DNA of 64,000 bases from Thermoanaerobaculia bacterium. Its GTDB lineage: Bacteria > Acidobacteriota > Thermoanaerobaculia > UBA5066. The translations under genes and the position numbers were made by a program. This document shows, in pieces, positions 19,023-29,596 of this stretch. A model generated the notes under the pieces. That model saw nothing but the letters and a program-made list of their open reading frames with translations. It was not told the origin of the DNA and searched no databases. The stretch covers positions 96,001 to 160,000 of the forward strand of contig CAWFJJ010000025.1 in assembly GCA_963816185.1 (NCBI GenBank), read 5' to 3'. Position 1 is the stretch's first letter; every line of letters starts with the position of its first letter.

Positions 19023-20939
19023 ATGTTGAGCTTTGAAGTCCGCAAAACGGGCGGCGAATCGGAAGTTCGCAAGGTCCATCGGGATGTCATTCACATTGGC
19101 GCTTCGACGGGCAATGATCTCGTTGTGCGCGCTCGTGGCGTGCTCGGGAGGCACGCCCGGATCTCCGTGGCGGGAGAGGAGCTGCGGCTCGAGGTGCTCG
19201 GGAGCGCGCCGGGCTCCGACGTGACCTTGAACGGCTCGATCGTCAAGACCGCCGCACTCGCCGCGGGGGACCGGATCGCCATCGGCGAGGCCACGATCAC
19301 GCTCCTCAACGGCCCGGCCCCGAATCCGAACCGGATCGCGGCTCCTCCGCCTCGCGGACGCGACGCTCTCTCCCTCGCGACGGCGGCGCTCTCGCCCCTC
19401 CCGCCGGCTCCTGCCCCTTCTCCGGCAAACGCGCCGGCCGCGGTCGCGGTACGGGCAGCCACGGTACCGGGCGGACGCGTCGCCGCGGCTCCGATCGAAG
19501 TGCCGAACCGGGCGGAGGAGCGGTCTCCGAGAGATCCCTGGCCAGGATTCTTCGAGCGACTCCATCGGCCGGTCCCCTTCGAAGAGCTGCTTCAGGAAGT
19601 CACGGCCTACATCGCGTCGGTCACGCCCGTGCACAGCCTCGCGTTCGTGTCCCTGCTCCCTCCGAACGAAGGGGAGGCGATCGCAGCGCTCTGGAAGGGA
19701 ACGCTTCCGCGCCTCTCGGCCAGAAGCCTCGCGGAGGCGCGCGAGAAAGGCGGGTCGTGGGAGATCTTCGAATCGGGCTCCCGGCTCCGCCTGTTCCCCG
19801 TTCCGCGGCCGGGGGGCGAGAGCGTCGGCCTCCTGCTCGTTCCCTCCGAGACCGTCTCCGATCCGGCGCTCCTCGATTTCGTCGCGCATGCGGCGGCCGT
19901 CGTCGGCTTTGTGCACGGCGAGAGGAGCGAGGCGGCCTTCGGCGAACGCGGCGCCTCGCAACCTCCCCCTCCGTTCGCGGTCCCGCTGGAGGATCCGCTC
20001 GCGCTCCTCGTCGGCGGCTCTCTGCCGCTGTCGAATCTCAAGGCGTCGCTGTCGCGCGTGGCGGCGGCGCGCGCGCCGATTCTCCTCGTGGGGGACGTCG
20101 GCAGCGGAAAGACGCTCGTGGCCGAAACGCTCCACGCTCTCTCGCCACGGCGCTCACGCCCGCTCGTGCGCGTCTCGGCAACCGCCGCGAGCCCCCAGGC
20201 TCTCGAGGAAGATCTCCTCGGGGCTCCTGCCGCGGGCGACCGCCGGCGCCGTCCGGGCCGGCTCTTCGAGGCGGATGGAGGCACTCTTCTCGTCGAAGAA
20301 GTGGGCGACCTGCCTTCCCCGACGCAGGCGCTGCTCTTCCGCCTTCTCGAAGCCCGCGAGGTGACGGCTCCGGGCGGACGGACCGTACCGGTCGACGTGC
20401 GCGTGATCGGCACGACCTCGCGGCCTCTCACGCGTGCGGTCGAGGACGGCGCCTTCCGCGACGATCTCTACTTCCGGCTCTCGGCTCTCACGCTGCGGCT
20501 GCCGCCGCTGAAGGATCGCAAGGAAGACATCCCGGCTCTCCTCGATGCGCTCGCGGCACGGCATGGCGGCCCGGCGGCGGAGCACTTCGACGTCGAGGCG
20601 ATGAACGCGCTTCTCAACTATCAGTATCCCGGCAACGTGCGCGAGCTCGAGAACGAGGTGCGTCGTCTCGCGGCTCAGGTCGGGCCCGGCGCCATCACGC
20701 TCGCGGACCTCGACCAGAAGTTCTCGGGCGAGCACGTCGAGCTCGCGCTCAAGGAAAGCGACGACCTCAAGGAGATCGTCGAGAAGGTCGAGCGCCAGGT
20801 CATCGAGCGCGTCATGCGCAAGGTACGCGGGAACCAGTCTCTCGGCGCACGGCTGTTGAACATCTCGCGGGGCAGTCTCATCGCGAAGATGAAGGAGTAC
20901 GACATAAAGGACTTCCGGTACCTCAAGCGCGGAGACTAG
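19023..20939 (+). CDS. FHA-like + AAA+ (sigma54-activator-like) + Fis HTH regulator
   Basis: GDVGSGKT, FRDDLYFRL, YPGNVRELEN, GNQSLGARLLNISR; lacks GAFTGA. Confidence 0.88.
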   Translation: MLSFEVRKTGGESEVRKVHRDVIHIGASTGNDLVVRARGVLGRHARISVAGEELRLEVLGSAPGSDVTLNGSIVKTAALAAGDRIAIGEATITLLNGPAPNPNRIAAPPPRGRDALSLATAALSPLPPAPAPSPANAPAAVAVRAATVPGGRVAAAPIEVPNRAEERSPRDPWPGFFERLHRPVPFEELLQEVTAYIASVTPVHSLAFVSLLPPNEGEAIAALWKGTLPRLSARSLAEAREKGGSWEIFESGSRLRLFPVPRPGGESVGLLLVPSETVSDPALLDFVAHAAAVVGFVHGERSEAAFGERGASQPPPPFAVPLEDPLALLVGGSLPLSNLKASLSRVAAARAPILLVGDVGSGKTLVAETLHALSPRRSRPLVRVSATAASPQALEEDLLGAPAAGDRRRRPGRLFEADGGTLLVEEVGDLPSPTQALLFRLLEAREVTAPGGRTVPVDVRVIGTTSRPLTRAVEDGAFRDDLYFRLSALTLRLPPLKDRKEDIPALLDALAARHGGPAAEHFDVEAMNALLNYQYPGNVRELENEVRRLAAQVGPGAITLADLDQKFSGEHVELALKESDDLKEIVEKVERQVIERVMRKVRGNQSLGARLLNISRGSLIAKMKEYDIKDFRYLKRGD

Positions 20940-21123
20940 ACGCGCTCGTCGCGGGAGCGCTTCCTCTCGAATTGGTCCGTGTCGCCCTGCTCTTCAGGAA
21001 ATGCTCGAAGTCCGAGCGCACGACGCGCGATGAACCAGGAGAGAGTTGACTTTCGTTCGTTGCACGATAGGCTCAGCCCCTCAAGGCGAGCGACAAGAGC
21101 GAACAAGCGAGTTTGGAGGCTGT

Positions 21124-24100
21124 ATGGTCCGCACCTTCGGCCCGTTGCTCTCGTGGTCTTCGTGGCCGTGGTCGTTGCTCTCCTCCTTCCGACGGCCGCG
21201 GCGACCGCCCAGGCCTCAGATCCAGTCATCGGCAAACCTGTCTCACCTGTCGTTTCTCCTCCGCTCCGCGAGATTCCGCCGATTCAAACGACACGGGACC
21301 CTGGCAAGCCCCGGGACGCCAAGCGGCTCCCGTTCCGAGGAGCTCTACCGGGTGCCGCCCCGGCCCGGCAGGCGGACGGGGCGCTCCAGCTGGCCCCGGG
21401 AGTAAGCCAGCCGAACACAACGGGCATCAACTTCCAAGGCCTGGCTGCAAACGGCTCCGCCCCGCCCGATTCCGACGGCAAGGTCGGCCCGAATCATTTC
21501 GTCGAGTGGATCAACACCAACTTCGCCATTTACGACAAGGCCGGGACCCTTCTCTACGGGCCGGCCGCGGGCAACACTCTCTTCACGAGCATGGGCGGAG
21601 CGTGCGCGGCCTTCAACGACGGCGACCCCGTCGCCCAGTACGACACGCTGGCCGACCGGTGGATCCTCACCCAGTTCGTCGTCGGCGCTCCGGCTCCGGC
21701 CTTCTCCCATCAGTGCGTGGCCGTGTCGAAGACCGGGGATCCGCTCGGGGCTTACTACCTCTACGACTTCCCGACCGACGCAACCAACTTCGTGGACTAC
21801 CCGAAGTGGACGACCTGGACCGACGCGTACTACATGACGGCCCACCTTTTCAATGCGGCGGGCACGGTCTTTCTAGGGGCGCCGCTTTACTCCTTCGACC
21901 GCGCGAGCATGCTGGCGGGGCTCCCGGCCGCCTTCCAGTCGGTGAACCTCGAACCGATTGGAGGCATATTCGGCGAACTCGTGGCCGATCTCGACGGCCT
22001 TACGCCGCCGCCACCCGGCTCGCCCGCCTACGTCTTCGCTCCCGCCTCGCCGGAATTCGATGGAACGGCCACGCCGGGTCTCCACTTCTGGACCGTGGCC
22101 TCGACCTGGGGCGGCTCGCCGACGATGACCGTGACCGCGAAACCCGACATCACGACCGCTGCGTTCAACACGAATCTCTGCGGGTTCAGCCCCAACTGCA
22201 TTCCCCAGCTCGGAACGACAACGACCCTCGACTCCATTACCGGCCGGCTCATGTTCCGGGCCGTCTATCGCACCGTCGGCGGCATCGAGTCGATTCTCCT
22301 GTCCCACACCGTCAATGCGCTCGTTCCACCGGCAAACCAGGCGGCAGTCCGGTGGTACGAGATCCGGACTCCGGGGACGACCCCGACCGTCTTCCAGCAG
22401 GGAACCTACGCCCCTACCACGGCGAATCGCTGGGTCTCGAGCATCGCCATGGACGAGGGAGGCAACATCGCGCTCGGCTACAGCATTTCTGACGCCACGA
22501 TGTTTCCCTCGATCAACGTCACCGGCCGCCTTACCTCCGACCCTCTGGGCACTCTGGGCAGCGAGATCAGCATGTTCGCCGGCCTCGGGAGCCAAACGGG
22601 CGGCCTCAACCGGTGGGGCGACTACACCCTGATGTCCGTCGACCCCCGCGACGGGTGTTCGTTCTGGTACATCAACCAGTACCAGCCTGCGAGCGGGTCG
22701 TTCAACTGGGCGACGCGCATCGCGTCGTTCCGCTTTCCCGCCTGCGTGGCGCCCCTACGCGGGACGATCACCGGCTTCGTGAACGATGGGCTCGGAAACC
22801 CGATCGCGAACGCCGTAGTTGACGTCGACGCCGGGTTCTCGGGAGCCACGGACGCGACCGGCCGCTACACCATCGTTCTCCCGCCCGGCTCCTACAACGT
22901 GATTGCCACCGATCCGGCTTCCAGCTGCACGCCGTCGGCTTCCTTCCCGGCAACGGTCACGAACGGCGCGACGACCACCCAGAACTTCGCCCTGACGGGA
23001 GCCGCGAGCCTCGCGGTCAAGAGCACATTCATCGACGACAGTTCGGGAAACGGCAACGGCATCATCAACCGCGACGAGTGCTTCAAACTCAACGTCGATC
23101 TCACGAACGCCGGATGTTCCGGCGCGAGCGGGACTCGGCCTCCGTCACGACGTCGACGCCGGGCGTCGAGATCCTCGGCGGCACATCCTCCTACCCGAAC
23201 ATCGCCCGCGCCGCCGACGCGTTCGGCGCGACGCCCTTCTCCTTGGCCACGACGGCGGCTTTCGTCTGCGGCACCGACATCGCCCTGACGCTGACGGTCA
23301 CCTCGTCGGCCGGCAGCCAGATTTCGGCGCTGACCCTCCCGACCTGCACGGCCACGGCGCCGCTCGTCATCAACAGCAGCGTGCCGATCACGAACCCTGA
23401 CGAGGCGGGCCGGCTCGGGCGAAACGGAATTCGCAACCTGCGCCGGCAAGGCCTGCCTCGGGGACTTCGCCGCCGGAGCCGCCCGGAAGTACGACGCGCA
23501 GACCATTTTGAATGCGGCGCCGACGAGCCGCTGCATCACGATCACGGCGACCACGTCCGGCTGCAGCGGGACTGGAGCGCAGATCACGCCGGCAGCCTAC
23601 AGTCCGACGTTCAACCCAGCCAACCTCTGCACGAACTACATCGGAGACGGCGGTGGCAGCCCAACACCGGGCCCCGTGACGTTCAGCGTGGATCTTCCGG
23701 CGGGTCAGCCCCTCGTTGTCGTAATGCAGGCCGCCAACGGCACCCCGACTTTCACCGGCTGCGGCTCGTATACCCTCAGTATCACCGGCCTCATCGACGA
23801 CTCCGATGGCGGGCGGCCCGTGGCGACGGCCTCGGGCGGCGGCACGATCTGTCTCGGTGGTCCGTCGGCCTGACGGGCTCCGGCGGCACGTCCTGCGTCT
23901 GGACGCCGACAACCGGTCTCGACAACCCGAACAGCTGCACGCCTGTGGCGTCTCCGACGGTGACGACCGCGTACTCGGTTGTCGTCGCGAACGCGAGCGG
24001 CTGTGTCAGCGACGCGAGCGCGCCTGCAACTGTCACGGTCAACCCGACCCCGGCCTCCCCCGTCCTCACGGCTCCTGCAACGGTGGGCGCGGGATCGCCG

Positions 24101-24717
24101 AACCGGATCGCAAGCACTCCGGCAATCGTCGGAGCCACCGCGTGGGGTTGATCGGCGGAGCTGTTTACGCCTGGACGATCACGAACGGGACGATCACGGG
24201 AGGCCAGGGGACGAACCAGATCACGTTCACCGCCGGAACAGCGGGTACGCCGCTCACGCTCAGCGTGAACGCCACCGTCGGGCTCTGTCCTTTCGGCGGC
24301 GGAAACGCAACCCTCACCGTGGCACCGGCGGGCTCCGCGGTTCAGTTCTACACCCTGCCGCCCTGCCGCGTCGTCGATACGCGGAACCCGAACGGGCCGC
24401 TCGGCGGTCCTGCGCTCGCGCCTTCGGGCTCGGTTCGCAGGTTCATGCTCACGGGTACGTGCGGGATTCCGGCGGGGGCGACGTCCATCTCCGCGAACGT
24501 GACAGTCGTGAGCCCCTCCGCCAGCGGATTCCTTGCGATCTATCGGGGCGACGGAGCGCTCACGGGAACGAGCGTGATCAGCTTCGACGCGGGGAGGACC
24601 CGTGCGAACAACGCCATCCTGGGGCTCGCGCTCGATGGCTCGGGCACGGTCAACGTGAGCAACTCCGCCGCAGGGACAGTGGATTTCCTGCTGGACGTGA
24701 ACGGCTACTTCCAGTAG
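21124..24717 (+). pseudogene. large secreted multidomain protein interrupted by about 5 frameshifts (pseudogene or indel errors)
   Basis: GGAGG+ATG 21124; PPDSDGKVGPNH, NRWGDY, carboxypeptidase-regulatory-like and Ig-like segments, C-terminal FYTLPPCRVVDTR...DVNGYFQ; coding frame changes at about 21135, 23133, 23432, 23862, 24146. Confidence 0.75.
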
Positions 24718-24758
24718 TCGCGGCGTCGAGACGGCCGGAGTCCCGCTAGACTCCGGCC

Positions 24759-26141
24759 GTGTCCGATCTCGACGCCCGGTCTTTCCGGCGCTCCCTGACC
24801 CTCGTCCTCGCGGTTCTCGGCTTCCTGACGGCAGGGGCGGTGGTGCTGTTCGGGCACCTCCTCTTCAAGTCGCTTTCGAGGGACGTCGTCAACGATGCGA
24901 TTCTCCACACGAAGCTCGACGCGGAACGGCTCGCGCGCGGTATCGCCGAGCGCACGTCGGGCGACCCTTTCGTCCTGAAGCTCAAGCAGACGGAGATCGA
25001 CCGGCTCGTCACGACGGGTCTCTCGGAGCGCCAGATCCTCACGGAGGTCGAGGTTCTCGACAGCGCGAAAAAGGAGGTCCTCTACGCGTACCACGGCACG
25101 CTCACCGTGCCCGACCGCAAGGGCCAGCCGGGCGCCGAGGGACCGAAGGTTCTCGACGTGAAGCCGGCGGAGCCCGGCACGACCGCGCGCAGCTACAGCC
25201 TCGAGGCGCCCGAGCCCGATCCCTACGACCTGGAAGTGCCCGTCGGCGACTTCGCGGTGCTGCGCTTCGGCGTGTCGCGGCGCGTCCTGGCCGAGCGCGT
25301 CGAGAAGCTCCGTCGCGAGCTCTACCTGCGGACGGCCGCGGCGGCCGTCGTGTCGCTCTTGGGGATTCTCGCGGCGTCCGCGGCGGTGATCCTCCTTTAT
25401 CGCCGCACGCGGCGCGTGGAGGAGGCGCGCCTCGAGGCCGAGCGGCGCGCCGAGCTCGGCGAGGTCGCGGCGGGCCTGGCGCACGAAATCCGGAATCCCC
25501 TGAACGCGATGGGCCTCAACCTCGAGCTCCTCGAGGAGAAGCTCGTGCACCCGGCCCCGGCCCGGAGCGTAGGCGCGTCCACCGCCTCGGCTACCGAGCT
25601 CGCTCAGGCCGCGCGCGTGGAGACGAGCCGGCTCGCGCGGCTGCTCACGGACTTCCTCTCGTACGCGCGGCCGTCGCCGCTGAGCCCCGTTCCCGCCGAC
25701 CTGAACGAGGCTGCACGCGAGGCGGTTTCGTTCCTGGAGCCCGAAGCCTGCCGGCGCCATATCCGGCTGACGTTCCTGCCTCAGGAGGGGGCCGCTCCCG
25801 CGCTCCTCGACCCCGGGCGCGTCCGCCAGGTGGTCCTCAACCTCGTCGGCAACGCGCTCGACGCCGTGGAGGCGGAGGGAGCCGCGGCGCGCGAGGTGGA
25901 GGTGCGCGTCGAGGATGCCGGAAAGTTCTGGCGCCTCACGATCACGGACCACGGGCCCGGCGTACCGCCCGCGAAGACGGCCGACATCTTCAAGCTCTTC
26001 GTGTCCACGAAACCCGCGGGCACGGGCCTTGGTCTCCCGATCGCGGATCGGATCGTGCGTGCCCACGGCGGGACGTTGACGCTCTTCTCGTCGCCCGGCG
26101 AGCCGACCCGGGCCGTGGCGACGTTCCCGAAGGGGCGCTGA
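24759..26141 (+). CDS. membrane sensor histidine kinase
   Basis: Two TMs, AHEIRNPL, NLVGNA, DHGPG, GTGLGL. Confidence 0.93.
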   Translation: MSDLDARSFRRSLTLVLAVLGFLTAGAVVLFGHLLFKSLSRDVVNDAILHTKLDAERLARGIAERTSGDPFVLKLKQTEIDRLVTTGLSERQILTEVEVLDSAKKEVLYAYHGTLTVPDRKGQPGAEGPKVLDVKPAEPGTTARSYSLEAPEPDPYDLEVPVGDFAVLRFGVSRRVLAERVEKLRRELYLRTAAAAVVSLLGILAASAAVILLYRRTRRVEEARLEAERRAELGEVAAGLAHEIRNPLNAMGLNLELLEEKLVHPAPARSVGASTASATELAQAARVETSRLARLLTDFLSYARPSPLSPVPADLNEAAREAVSFLEPEACRRHIRLTFLPQEGAAPALLDPGRVRQVVLNLVGNALDAVEAEGAAAREVEVRVEDAGKFWRLTITDHGPGVPPAKTADIFKLFVSTKPAGTGLGLPIADRIVRAHGGTLTLFSSPGEPTRAVATFPKGR

Positions 26142-26144
26142 GGA

Positions 26145-26612
26145 TCAGGGCGGCGGAAGAATTTTTCTCGGATCCGGATCCGCCTCGCCGCACTGAAACG
26201 CGAGGACGCGCCTGACGAGCGTCTTCACCGGCATGGGGAGCGTCAGGAGGAGCTCGCCCTCGGGGTTCAGGATCACCTGCTCCGTCGTACCGGTCGCGAG
26301 CAGGATTCGTTCAGGCAGGCGGCGGATCTCGTACGACATCGCGAGCTTCGCCGTCTCGGACGGCGCGAGCACGGCGGAGACCTCGAGCCGGTCATCCAGC
26401 TTCGCGGACCGCTTGACGTTCAGCTCGACTCTCGTGATCGGCACTTTGTAGCCGTGGGCGAGCGCCTCGGCGGGCGTCAGCCCGAACGCCGCGCAGAGAG
26501 CGTTGCGCGCCACCTCGAAGTACTGGACGTAGTGGCCGTGCCAGACGACGCCGTACGAGTCCACCTCGGGAAAGCGGACTTCGAAGGAGGTCGTGAACGC
26601 ACGCGTCGTCAT
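26145..26612 (-). CDS. acyl-CoA/ACP thioesterase (4HBT/YbgC family)
   Basis: VRFPEVDSYGVVWHGHYVQYFEVAR. Confidence 0.9.
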   Translation of the reverse strand: MTTRAFTTSFEVRFPEVDSYGVVWHGHYVQYFEVARNALCAAFGLTPAEALAHGYKVPITRVELNVKRSAKLDDRLEVSAVLAPSETAKLAMSYEIRRLPERILLATGTTEQVILNPEGELLLTLPMPVKTLVRRVLAFQCGEADPDPRKILPPP

Positions 26613-27712
26613 GGCGCCGTGAGGACCGCCGCGAGGACGTTGCCGCCGGCGCCGAAGGCGTCGATCAGAATCGCGCCGAGGGAAGGATCGGCGCGCAGCT
26701 CGGCCGCCGCGAGGGCGATCTGGATCGCTCCGATCGCGGGGTTCTCGCCGAGGCTTTCCTTCACGGCCGAAAGGCGCGGCTGTTTCGCGCCGAAGACGTC
26801 CGAGAGCGCGGCAGTCTCGGCCTCGTCCGTGAAAGGCGATCCGTTCCGCGAGAGGTGGACGAGGCCGATCGCGGAAGGAGCCAGGCCTGCCTCGTCGAGG
26901 GCGTCCCGTATCGCGGCGGCCAGGAAGGCCGGGTCCGCGCGCCGCTTCTGGGGCGAGAGAGCCGCGCCGCGCGACGCGAGCCCCGCGATCCGCGCGTCGA
27001 TCCGGGCTCCGCGGGCTCGGGCCTCCGCTTCGTCCTCGACCAGGACCACCGCCGCGCCCTCGCCGAGAATGAACCCGGGGCGCCGCTGAGTGCGCGTGGC
27101 ACGCACGCTCTCGTATGCGCGGTGGTACACGAGGTTCCACTCATCGGCCGCACCCACGATGAGGGCATCGGAACGTCCGTCCGCAAGCAGCATCCGGGCG
27201 TAGAACAGCGCGTTCAAGGCGGCCGGATCCTTCTGGGTGATCGTCACGTTCGGGCCTTTGATGCCGACCTCGATCGCGGCCTGCGAGGCCGGCGCGTTCG
27301 CAACAGTGTTCGGGAAGAGAAACGGCGACGCGGCGTCGGGCGATTCGACCGCCATCTGCCGTTCGAACTCGACGAGCGGGCCGACGCCGGCCGAGCCGGT
27401 GCCGAGGAGAATGCCCGTCCTCTCTTCGCGGCCCGCCACCGTGTAGAGCGAGTCGGCCAGAAGCTGCCTCACCGCGACGACGGCGTACTGGCTGCCGCGA
27501 TCGAGGCGGCGGGCCTTGCTCTTCGGGAGCTCCGGCTCCGTCGTGAACGCGCCGATTCGCGCCGCCGGAGAGCGGTCGGTGGCGGGCGGCGCGCCGTCGT
27601 CCTCGATCGGCCCCACCGCGGAGCGTCCGGCGGCGAGCGCCGCGCGCGTCTCGGCGAGCGTCCGGCCGAGCGCCGTCACTGCGGCCTCTCCGGTGATGAC
27701 AGGCGCACGCAT
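26609..27712 (-). CDS. non-catalytic ketosynthase-like protein (chain-length-factor-like)
   Basis: KS fold (SPFLFPNTVAN, GPNVT, GEGAAVVLVE) but TQKDPAA replaces TACxSS and GEN replaces GH. Confidence 0.85.
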   Translation of the reverse strand: MRAPVITGEAAVTALGRTLAETRAALAAGRSAVGPIEDDGAPPATDRSPAARIGAFTTEPELPKSKARRLDRGSQYAVVAVRQLLADSLYTVAGREERTGILLGTGSAGVGPLVEFERQMAVESPDAASPFLFPNTVANAPASQAAIEVGIKGPNVTITQKDPAALNALFYARMLLADGRSDALIVGAADEWNLVYHRAYESVRATRTQRRPGFILGEGAAVVLVEDEAEARARGARIDARIAGLASRGAALSPQKRRADPAFLAAAIRDALDEAGLAPSAIGLVHLSRNGSPFTDEAETAALSDVFGAKQPRLSAVKESLGENPAIGAIQIALAAAELRADPSLGAILIDAFGAGGNVLAAVLTAP

Positions 27713-27839
27713 CGAGGGGATCGTACACGCGAGATGGGCTTCTCTTCGCCATTCATACCGCAGCTGTTGACACCGCGTCTCTGCCGCGACAAGGTGGCGC
27801 GACGGAAGCGTCCCCTAGAAAGCGGAAAAGGAGATTCCC

Positions 27840-28280
27840 ATGAAGCGCGTATTCTCAAGTCTCTCGATCGTCGTCTGTCTTCTCGTCGTGTCCGGCTGGA
27901 CACCGGCGGCCGTGGCCCAGGAGGCGAAGTCCTCCCGGGCGCTCGTCGCAACCTACCAGGTTGCGACCGGCAAGCACCTCGATTTCCTGAAGTGGATGGC
28001 GCGTGCGGAAGCGGTCGCAAAGGAGGCCGGAGGGCCGGCCACCCAGTGGTACATGCACGAGAACGGCGCCAGCTGGGACTTCGTCTCGATCACTCCCCAG
28101 CTCGACGCTGCGAAGCAGGCGGAGGTGGACAAGAAGATCGAGACTCTCTCGAAGCAGAAGGGGATCGCGACGGGGCTCAAGGCTTCGTTCGAGTTCCGGC
28201 AGTACATGGGAACGCACACCGACACGTTCGCGCACGGTCCGATGACGGCGTCCGAGCTCGTGAAGGCGGCCGAAAAGTAA
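27840..28280 (+). CDS. secreted hypothetical protein
   Basis: AAGGAG RBS, signal peptide ending AVA-Q, host-like codon usage. Confidence 0.8.
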   Translation: MKRVFSSLSIVVCLLVVSGWTPAAVAQEAKSSRALVATYQVATGKHLDFLKWMARAEAVAKEAGGPATQWYMHENGASWDFVSITPQLDAAKQAEVDKKIETLSKQKGIATGLKASFEFRQYMGTHTDTFAHGPMTASELVKAAEK

Positions 28281-28283
28281 GAA

Positions 28284-29507
28284 CTAGGCCCGCGCCGCGA
28301 ACGCTCCGAACGCGACGACCGTCGAGTTGCCGCCGAATGCGAACGAGTTCGAGAGCGCGATCTTCACGCGCGCTTCTCGAGCCGCGTTCGGGACGATGTC
28401 GAGATCGCACTCGGGATCCGGCTCCTCCCAGTGGATCGTGGGCGGCACGAGGCCCGTCTCGATCGTGCGGACGGTCGCGACCGCCTCGATGGCGCCTGCC
28501 GAGCACAGGCAGTGGCCGAGCATCGACTTGATCGACGAGACGGGGATCTCCCGCGCGCGCCCCCCGAGCGCCCGCTTGATCGCCGCCGTCTCGGCCGAGT
28601 CGTTCTGCGGCGTGGCCGTTCCATGCGCGTTGACGTAGTCGACGTCTCCCGGGTTCAGACCCGACGCCACGAGACAGGCGCTCATCGTGCGCGCTCCCGC
28701 TTCACCGGTCGGCTCGGGCTGCGTCATGTGGTGGGCGTCGGAGGTGACACCGTAGCCGAGGAAGCGGGCCCGGATACGGGCTCGGCGGCGGTGCGCATGG
28801 CCTTCTTCCTCGAAGACGAGAAGGCCCGCCGCTTCCCCGATCGAGAGCCCTTTGCGGCGCAGATCGAACGGGCGGCAGGGCTCGGGGTCGACCGAGCGGA
28901 GCGCGTTGAAGCCGCCGTGGGTGAGTCTCGCGAACGTGTCGGCGCCGCCCGTCACGACGACTTCGCAGAAGCCGTGGCGGATGAGGTCGGCGGCGTAGCC
29001 GAGCGCGGTGGCCGAGGACGAGCACGCGGTCGTGATCGTCGAGCGCGGCCCGAGGAGGCCCCAGCGTTCGGCGATGCGGTCGGTCGTCTGGTCGGGCGGG
29101 TGGTTGAGGACCTGCGTGGGACGCGCGCGGCGAGGCCCTTTCGCGAGGAGGTCCCGGAAGTAGTTCTCGCTGTCGAGCAGGCCGGACACACCGGCTCCGA
29201 GGACGACACCGATCGACGAAGGGTCCTCGCGATCGAGATCGAGTCCGGAGTCGGCAAGGGCCTCGGCCGCCGCCGTGAGGCCGATGACGTCCGTGCGCGA
29301 GAGGCGGCGTCTCAGGGCGGGGTCGAAGCCCTCGGGCAGCACCTTGATCTCGGCCGCGAGCTTCGTGCGAAAGGCCGACGCGTCGAAGAGCGTGATGGGG
29401 CCGATGCCGCACCGCCCGGCGACGAGCCCTTCCCAGGTCGATGCGAGGTCGTTCCCGAGAGAGGTCACGGCCCCGAGGCCCGTCACGACGACGCGGCGCT
29501 TGTCCAT
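28284..29507 (-). CDS. fabF: beta-ketoacyl-ACP synthase II family
   Basis: TACSSS, NAHGTAT, KSMLGH, NSFAFGG. Confidence 0.9.
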   Translation of the reverse strand: MDKRRVVVTGLGAVTSLGNDLASTWEGLVAGRCGIGPITLFDASAFRTKLAAEIKVLPEGFDPALRRRLSRTDVIGLTAAAEALADSGLDLDREDPSSIGVVLGAGVSGLLDSENYFRDLLAKGPRRARPTQVLNHPPDQTTDRIAERWGLLGPRSTITTACSSSATALGYAADLIRHGFCEVVVTGGADTFARLTHGGFNALRSVDPEPCRPFDLRRKGLSIGEAAGLLVFEEEGHAHRRRARIRARFLGYGVTSDAHHMTQPEPTGEAGARTMSACLVASGLNPGDVDYVNAHGTATPQNDSAETAAIKRALGGRAREIPVSSIKSMLGHCLCSAGAIEAVATVRTIETGLVPPTIHWEEPDPECDLDIVPNAAREARVKIALSNSFAFGGNSTVVAFGAFAARA

Positions 29508-29596
29508 CCTAGGGATCTTACTGAGTCGCGGATCTCTTTGGATTCGGTCGGCCGCGTCGGCCGGCCGGCGGCGGACGCCCTTGTTAGGATCGGCTC

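Noticed and set aside
21124-24717. Programmed frameshifting or phase variation
   Set aside because: Five shifts with no slippery sites or long simple repeats
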